From assembly GCA_963920595.1 (NCBI GenBank), contig OY986950.1:3100001-3164000 (forward strand): a stretch of DNA of 64,000 nucleotides. Direction: 5' to 3'. Source of the stretch: Eimeria praecox (Eukaryota). Positions 56,216-64,000 of this stretch are shown here, in pieces. Positions within the stretch are counted from its first letter, which is position 1; each line of letters starts with the position of its first letter. Below the pieces are notes generated by a model. The model had not been told where the DNA came from and made no database searches. It saw only the letters and a program-made list of their open reading frames with translations. A program made the position numbers and the translations under genes.

Positions 56216-57584
56216 GTTAGGAAGGAGACCCTGCTGTACGCAGCAGAGCTGAGGTCAGCAGCAGTAAGAGGCGCTGACCCACAGCTCTAGCATTGCCTGG
56301 CCCTGTGTCGACCTCCCACTCCCTTTAGTGGTGCGTTACAGCCGAAATAATAAGAAGAAAAAGATAAGGAGGTGATATAAGGGCAGAAAACAAACTCAAG
56401 CAATGAAAGGAGAAGGTGGGGAATGTTCAACGACTGGGTCCTGCCGATTCTTGATGAGAGGGGCGGAACTCCTCTGCAAACAGTTATATCGGTCCAAAGG
56501 ACAAATCCTAAAAAGCATAATGAAGCAGCAGCTGCGGTGTCTTGACAGCTCCAATGAACGGCAGCGAAATGCACAGGCTGTTACCGCGCAGCGGTTATAA
56601 GGCCTCGGCCAAACGGCCTCTTGGCGCTTCTACTTTCCGAATGGACTTGTTTCTATATCATACACCTTTTAATGTTTCTAAAGAACAACAAAATGCTTCT
56701 CAAGTTGATCCAGAGGAAAAACAGCGGGGGGCCCCACGGCCGAAGGCTGCACGTAACGAAGGCAGAGGAGGCCCCTCGCTCTCCTGCGGCGGATGGTGGC
56801 TGCAGTACACTATGAAATCCAATGAAATCAAATTAACGGGGGAAATGAATTAATATTCAATAAATTAAATATATTTAAATATATTAATGCCGTTGTACTT
56901 CCCGCGCATCTGCATCGCTACCTTCTCCTGCGTTGGTCCTAGGAAACGCAAACAACCCAGAGGCACCACTGCCCATCACGCGTGGCAGCAAAACTTTGAG
57001 GGTAAATCACCGGAAATGCAACTTTAATTCAATTTTTACGGGCTTCCCAACTCTAAAGATGCTTCAAAATCAGTCAGTTTAGGCCTAAACGCTGCCCGAC
57101 TCCTATGTGCAGCCTACAGAATGGAAGGCGCGTTGCTGTGTTGCTGCTCCTTAGACCAACGTAAGAGCGATGGACTAGTTCAAAATGAACAGAAACAAAA
57201 AGAATATGATTTTAAATGATGTTATATTAGCACACGAGAATATAAAGTGTCTCTCAATAGTTTAAAATGGACAGACAAGTGGAGAAAATGGCTTCAAAGT
57301 GTGTAGACTGAACAGAAGAGGAGGGAGATTTTCCATGATTTCAGAACAAACAAACGGAAAGAAGAAACGTTTCTGAGGGTCTCTCATTTGATGCTCGTCT
57401 CTTAGTAATGCAAATGACACACAGATATATAAATTTTATCATATAATCCTCTACCTGCAAACCTCCCGCCGCAGGCAACACCTCAGAATGCGATGCAGTT
57501 CACAACTAAAATGAGCTGTATGGGCTCATCAGTGCAACTCAAACAGCAGCAGCAGCAACACCAACAACTACTACCCCTACTCCT

Positions 57585-60500
57585 ATGTACCCTTACTACT
57601 ACTACTACTCCCACTACTACTACTACTACTACTACTACCATTACTACTACTACTATTAGCATTAGTGTTAGTACTGCTACTTTTGCCAGTACTAGTGTTA
57701 CAACAACTACTACTAATATTAATACTATTGCTTCTGCAGCACCACCATCACCAACAATGCTGAGGTACGCATCATCGTGCAACTCAGTTAACAACTGTAC
57801 TGAGTTATGGTGGATGCCAACATCCTCCCACGGGGTGGTATTGATGAGACTTGAATTAGAATGAATATAAGCCGCTATTATAGAGCAGCTTCATCTGGAA
57901 TAGACACAAGGAAACAACACAGACAAGGGGAATGCACACCAAAAAACCAGACAAAAGTGAATAAGGTGTGCCCCGCTCCCGCACAGAAACGATGGCCTCC
58001 CTGGCTGTTGTGCTAGTTGAAAAGCAGAAGGCAAACGTCCTCCCAACACCGCCTGAGGCTATCCTCTGTAGCAAGCCTCCGTTCCACTTGCCTTCCCTAT
58101 GGCATCGTCCATCCCTTACTGCAGATGGTGGCCCTTGGTAAGCTACATTTATAAACTATACATACTACGTATATGTGATATAAATAGTACATATCAGACA
58201 CATACGTATTGCGAAGCCTCCCAGCTTAGCCTCTCTCCGACGGAGGGCTCAGAACCGCACCAAGCATAGAACGCTGACAAATTGGTTTGTAAACTAAAAC
58301 ACCCAGACAACTGGTTGTTTTATATAAAGCCAAAGGCTGCATATTCTTCACATATTCTCCGGGATGTGGTGCATTGGAGACGAGTTCAATTCCCATATTG
58401 CAGAAACGCTTCGAGTACTTCCGCCTGCCGAGCAAGGAAAAAGCCAGGACAAACTTCCTGCTCCTAGTTGTGTTGAGAACTCCTTGGCTACAATCTAAAA
58501 CTACCAACTGTTATTCGTTTACCTAATTTGTCCTTCAATTCCGCCCACAGCGGAATTCTGTGTCTAGTCTAGAACTCAGCGTTCAGAGTTTAGTGTTGGG
58601 GCTATGCAGTTTATTCAGGGGCTTAAGCAGCAGCCTATTTTGTTAGTGCATGCACCGTTTGATTCACTTTCCCCTTGCGGTATCCGATCTTCAAGCTTAA
58701 GCCTTAGGGTGTAATTTTTACAGTTAACTCATGGGCTTATTAGCCAGAGGTAGACTTCATAAATAACCTCACCGTTTGATTTATTTTCCTCGTGCCACAT
58801 CCATTACCAAAGCTGTTCTCAATCGCAGGCCTGACTAAAATCAATTCATGGAGCACAAGTTATTGGGTTTTGTGGTGCTGCTTTTGGGCCTTTTTCATTT
58901 GCAAAACGTTTCGAAATCCCCCGAACACTCAAAGATTTAAGTATTTAAGATATTCAACATGCTCAGATGCTTGAATCTTTGAATAATACGGTTGAATACA
59001 AGTTCAAACATTTAAAGATTTGCTCCACTGAGCTGCAGAGGCGATGGGTGCTGGGATAGATGGAGGATGGCTCAACATGAACACTGTGCGAAACCAAACT
59101 GCGTTTGGGGGGGGAGGGGAGGGGGCGGTTGAATATCATTTACTGCCAGTGTTTGTATTCTTGCCGTTAGTAGGGCTGAATTTAGTGTAAGGGCTCTGCA
59201 GAAGGCTATTTTCTGCACAAGCGAAGCTAACAGGCTCATCTAGGCACCGCATTTAAACCCTACGGCATTCCATAGGGAAAAAAACGATTAAGATTGTTTT
59301 AAGGAGGTGATCGCTGCCTGCAGTGTTAGGCTAGGTTAGGATGTTAGGTTAAGAGGGACAGGGGAGCTGTAGCCCGCATGTGCCGCTACAGTAGCAAACA
59401 AAGAAGGCCGAGGTAGAGATTGAAGGTTCAGCCGATGCAGATGTGAGCCCTGCTGATGTGAAGACTGAGAATAATGACGGAGTCGCTTGATAGCCAAGCT
59501 TCGTTCGCTTTCTTTGGTTAGCACAGCAGGGTGGTTTCTGGAGCCTTCTTATCCCTCTGCTCAGCGCCAGGCGCCTATTCGAGGAAATCCATTTCTTCAA
59601 TATCTCACGTTTACTTCGTGGTGATTCCAGGTGTGCTAAGTAGGAAGAGTGATAAAGGCTACAGTTATTATTACATAATAATAACAATAAATCAACTTTA
59701 TGGAGCCTCTAGAACAAAATGAAGCGCTCAACCGTGAAGGGTAGGAACTGACATACAAAAAGTCTCAGGTTCTTTGTGGTCGTCAAGCTCAGACAAGTGC
59801 GCTGATGATAATGATGATGATGCTGATGACGCGCTGATGGTATGTGCATGCTGAAACATAAATACACAGGTGTTCATTTTGTTCTCCAGAGCAAATAAAC
59901 ATGTAAGTCGAGAAGAAGGGGGGAGGGCAGGCAGCAAGCAGGGGGGGATTTAGCAACAGAAGCCTCAAGCCGGAAGTTCACAGCAAAAGCATTTAAAGAA
60001 TTGCACGAGGCATTTCAAAGGTCAACGCGTAAATACGTATAGAAGCGCAGATGGGAAACCGTACACTTGTGGCTAGCCGCAACTAGCCAGCCCAATGCAA
60101 CCACTGCTAGCCGCAGCTAGCTACAGCTAGCTACAGCTAGCTGCAGTACTGCGTTGTCCGTAGTAGAGTCATATTTGTGTAGATTTACACAAAAAAGCAT
60201 GAAGAACGCATCACATTGGGCAGCTCAGCCTGCAGAGAAGGACCTATTGAGGCTGCTGGCGTGTTTCTCAGCAGCGCATAACAAATAATCAAGCGGGGTG
60301 TGATGCCGCTGTAAAGAAGGAAGCCTGGGCTTTCCTGTTGTATTTGCTGAGGTGTCTTTGGTGGGACAGCATACACTCAGAAAGCGTGAAAAAGATCAGC
60401 TATAACGACAATATTTGACCTTGCAAATTGTAATGAAGTCTAACTACTTCATATAATACATAAAATATACTATAGTATAATACAGTATGGTATGAGTAAG

Positions 60501-61915
60501 CGAAACAGCTCCGACCTATCCTCCCTGCTCCAGGCGTCCTGTTGGGACCAGCCGCAGAAAGGCCTTGCACTGATTACAAAAAGGAGAGGAACAAAAAGCG
60601 TAACAGATTATTTCTTGAGTTTCTGTAGCACTCTTTGCTGCTGTAGCTGCTGCCGGAGAACAAAAACCTCCCACGCAAGCAAAAGACCCAACAACTGGAT
60701 GTCCGATGCAAGCATGCGAACCTAATTGCATGCAATTGTTAAACACTTACTCTTCTGCATCTGCAGCCAAGCTGCACACAAACATATATACATAAAATAC
60801 CTTCAGACAGACTGTGCTGCACCAATCCCAGGGATAAGGCACCGAAGGAACAACTTTGTCCTACCGTCAGGCACTACTAAGCTGTGGTGTTTAGGGAGCC
60901 TTCAGGATTTCAGGGGGATTAACAGCGTTATTTCTTTAGACAATTGTCGAGATTTCAGGGGCTTTTGCAACTCTTTGGGCTTTCCTCAGTGTGTAAGGAG
61001 AGAAGTGCAATGGAAACACACCAAAAACGGGCCATATATTAACGCCACACATTGAACTTTAATAAGGGCATCAATGAAACCACATCACTTCAACTCCTTC
61101 ATCTTTCGAAACTAAACTTTGTTGCATTTCTTTGGTATTACCACCGGCGTGGCTTCTGGCTTCGAACGCAGCTGCGCGGCAAAATGGATTTGCACGTTAA
61201 GAAGCAGAAGAAAAAGTGAACTACGAAAGAAATAAGCAATTTGCACGGGTTATTTACAGCATTTTGTTTTCGTTCTAGACACTTGCTGCAGTGAGGAGAA
61301 GAACATGGCAGATCCTGTGGCCGAGATTTCCGCTGGATCGCCGCATGCAGGTGCTGCGTTTTTGTGCAACTTCAGTGTGCCTTCAGAGGAAAGCGGTATT
61401 TTTGGGGGTTGATTTGGCCGTATCTTCATAAATTTCATTTCGATTAAGGAGATTCTGCTGCTTTACACGAGCAGCGAGACCTGCAGAATCATCAACTTGG
61501 CCTGAGCTGGCGCCGCTCATGCAGAGGTGTTGCTTGGCACTGAGGCTCCCAGTGCACCTCTCTCCCTGCAAAAGCGCCTCAGAATACCTTTTATTGACGA
61601 GAAGGAACTTCCTAGAGCCGAAACATCCCTAAGGAAGGGGCAAAAAGGTGCCGACGAAGCGCCTGCCTACCGGGAGGTGCCCATACACCACAGTAACGCA
61701 GCACGACTCGGAGCGACTCCCTCCACTTTTGCCGCCTTCAGGGCCTCCACGTACTTCATATTCAGTGGCTCTTTGCCTCGAATCCACCTTTCTATTGTGG
61801 TTGCCTCTGCACCTCTCCCCAGCACCGCAGCAGTAGCTGAAGCAGCATCTCTCTGGGTTTTCCTCTTCGTAGCCCCTAGCAGACAACCAGCTGTACGCAT
61901 AGCTGCTCGCATCAC
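57585..61915 (-). CDS. Possible multi-exon hypothetical gene
   Basis: Scattered minus-strand AG/GT-bounded open segments (e.g. ~61455-61283, ~60722-60610, ~59636-59450) and a Ser-rich terminal block. No motif found and phases were not resolved. Confidence 0.25.
57586..57730. repeat. (ACT)n trinucleotide-rich tract
   Basis: Read directly; reads poly-Thr on the plus strand or poly-Ser/Val on the minus strand. Confidence 0.85.
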
Positions 61916-62265
61916 GCACGAGACCGGTATAAGGGCCCGACCCCGGCGAACTCTCAGTCAGCCAGTGGCAGGAAGCAGTTCATCGGACCCCTTGTATTTT
62001 CCCCAGCTGCAGCACCGCACGAGCTTCCTGTCATTTGTTTCCCCCGCCGCATTTCTCCTCAGACTAGTGGTCCGGCTGCCGCCAGGAGGTGCATGCTGGG
62101 GTATGGGGACCCTTGCTGGTGCACCTCAGCGCCTACAGGCTTTAGACAGAGGCTTCAACTCTTCCTGAACTGGACCGGGGGGCCCTGCCCATCGGCAGAA
62201 GGTGGAGGGGCCCCCTGGGCCCTCCAGGCGCAAGCAGCTGAGGGGGGAGGGGCCCGTAGTTGAAG

Positions 62266-64000
62266 ATGGTATCTTCAGAAAGGGGAGTGAGTGCACCGGG
62301 GGGGCCCCAGGAGTCTGCTGCGTCTTCCTCGACCCCAGCCGAAGGCCACCCAGCGCGTAAAGAAGAGATACTACGGCAGAAATCAAACGCTAAATTCACA
62401 GCAAAAGAATCAGGACCCTCAGAGCCCCTAGAGGCCTCTCCAGGGCCCATAAGGGGTTCTTCTGGGGCCCCAGAGGGCTCTCTAGGAGCCCCAGAGGCCT
62501 CTCAAGGGGTCCGTGAGGCCTCTTCAGGGGCTCCAGAGGCCTCTCCAGAAGCCAATTCAGAGGTTCCAGGGCCCAATTTGGGGGCCCCAGTGGCCAATTC
62601 AGAGGTGCAAGAGGTCTTTTCAGGGCCCCCAGGGGCCTCTTCGGCGACTACGGGGGCCCCAGGGCCCCCTCCAGCAGCTGCACAGGACAACAATGAACCC
62701 CGCAGGCAGCTGGCACCTCCTCAGCATGACTCGTGGGTCTCCCCAGAGGAGTCGTGGGCACAGATGCAGCTACCTTCCCCCCCTAGAGGTACTGCTGCGA
62801 AGGACGCAGCAGCAGCAGCAAAACGCGCTCTTGCTGAAAGTGCAGCAGCAGCACATGCTGCGGAGCAAGCAGCAGCGGATGCAGCAGCAGCGGCTGCAGC
62901 AGCAGCAGCAGAAGCAGATGCAGCAGCGGCGAGAGATGCGGCAGCAGCTGCGGCGAACCTCGAAGCGGCAGAGGCTGGAGAGACAGCTGTGGGTTATGTC
63001 TTCATCTTCACCAACCCCACTAGTGGGGGCAACAAGGCTGCTGCCTTCACACGGGTGAGCTGAATGTCTCTCTTTCTCTTCTTGTTTGTCTCGTTGTCTG
63101 TCTCTGTCTCTCTCATGGCCTGTCTCTCTTTTGTTGTGTCTTGGCCTTTGTTTGTCTGTCTCTTTGGCCGCCCCATCCTGTCCGTCTCTGTCTGTCTGTG
63201 TCTGCGTCTCTGTGCCTCTACGCGCGTCCTTCTCCTTGTTTCAGTTTCTCCCTTCGTCTGTGTCTTTCTCTGTCTCCCTTTGTTGCTCTTTGTCTCCGTT
63301 CATGTGTCTCTGTGCGTGGGTCTCTTCTTGTCTGTCTGTCCCTTTCTGCGTCTGTCTCTGTCTTTCTTTGTGTTTGCTCTTCTGTTTCTCTACCTTCTGT
63401 GTCTGTGGCTTTCATTGCTTTCTTTTTCACTTTGTTTTATTACTATCTTTCTCCTCCTTGCTGCTGCATGCCCATCCCCTTCACACTGTTGCACCGCCCT
63501 TCATGTATTTGGTGAGGCAGGGGAGACAGCAAAACTAATGCAGCAGCAGCAGCAGCAACAACAACAACAGCAGAAGCACAACCCCAGCAGCACCAGCTCT
63601 GCAGCAGCAGCAGCTGCTCAGGGTTGTGGTGCGTTTGGGGGCGTACTGCTTTGCTGCATGCATAAGCCTGTCGTCCTTCGCTTGTGTGTTTGTGTGTTTG
63701 TGTGTTTGTGTATGTTCCTTTGCTTGTTCGTTTGTTTTCCCTCTTCTTTTCTGTCTTTCTCTCGCCCGTTTGGGTGTTTGTTTTTATCTTCGTCTGAGGC
63801 ATCTGTTTGCTTGCTTGTTCTCTTTGTTTGTATTTATTTATTTATTTACTAATTTGTTTCGTTTGTATGCGACTGCAACAACAGACTGCTGTCTCACGGC
63901 TGACTCTGAGGGAGCCCTTTAGGGTGGAGGTGTTTATACATGATATAAGGGAGGGACAGAGCGGCAGCAAACCGGGTTTCTTGCTGCTGAAAGCAGTTGC
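62266..64000 (+). CDS. Diacylglycerol kinase, 5' part (truncated by the window end)
   Basis: Exon 62266-63054 ends in GYVFIFTNPTSGGNKAAAFTR, the DAGKc NPxSGG motif, then a GTGAG donor. Phase-0 exon 63885->64000 reads TAVSRLTLREPFRVEVFIHDIREGQSGSKPGFLLLKAV. Confidence 0.8.
63063..63430. repeat. CT/GT-rich low-complexity intron
   Basis: Read directly (tctctgtctgt-type units). Confidence 0.8.

Noticed and set aside
63064..63852. Long hydrophobic 262-aa ORF
   Set aside because: Lies inside the DGK intron (63055-63884) and derives from CT/GT low complexity.

Overview
Eukaryotic, intron-rich DNA typical of a coccidian parasite, very probably Eimeria: dense (CAG)n repeats in both exons and introns, interstitial (AAACCCT)n telomere-like arrays, frequent TGCATGCA, and a repeat-rich segment (~1-8 kb) giving way to repeat-poor DNA. 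Recognisable genes: a triple-CCCH zinc-finger protein, an intronless 60S RPL6, a Kelch-repeat protein, a TMEM205/DUF4149-like membrane protein, a nucleus-encoded plastid-type (apicoplast) L28, a MORN+SAM tyrosine-kinase-like kinase, and the 5' end of a diacylglycerol kinase, plus several spliced hypothetical genes. The most striking hidden structure lies at ~8.45-12.7 kb and ~19.3-23.2 kb. This is a cluster of heavily decayed minus-strand Ty3/gypsy (chromovirus-like) LTR retrotransposons with four recognisable copies of one LTR, frameshifted RT motifs, gag-like remnants and a possible chromodomain; two units appear to share an LTR in tandem. One intron of the CCCH gene is bracketed by inverted telomeric arrays that could base-pair across its splice sites. 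All exon structures and alignments were worked out by eye; no searches were run.
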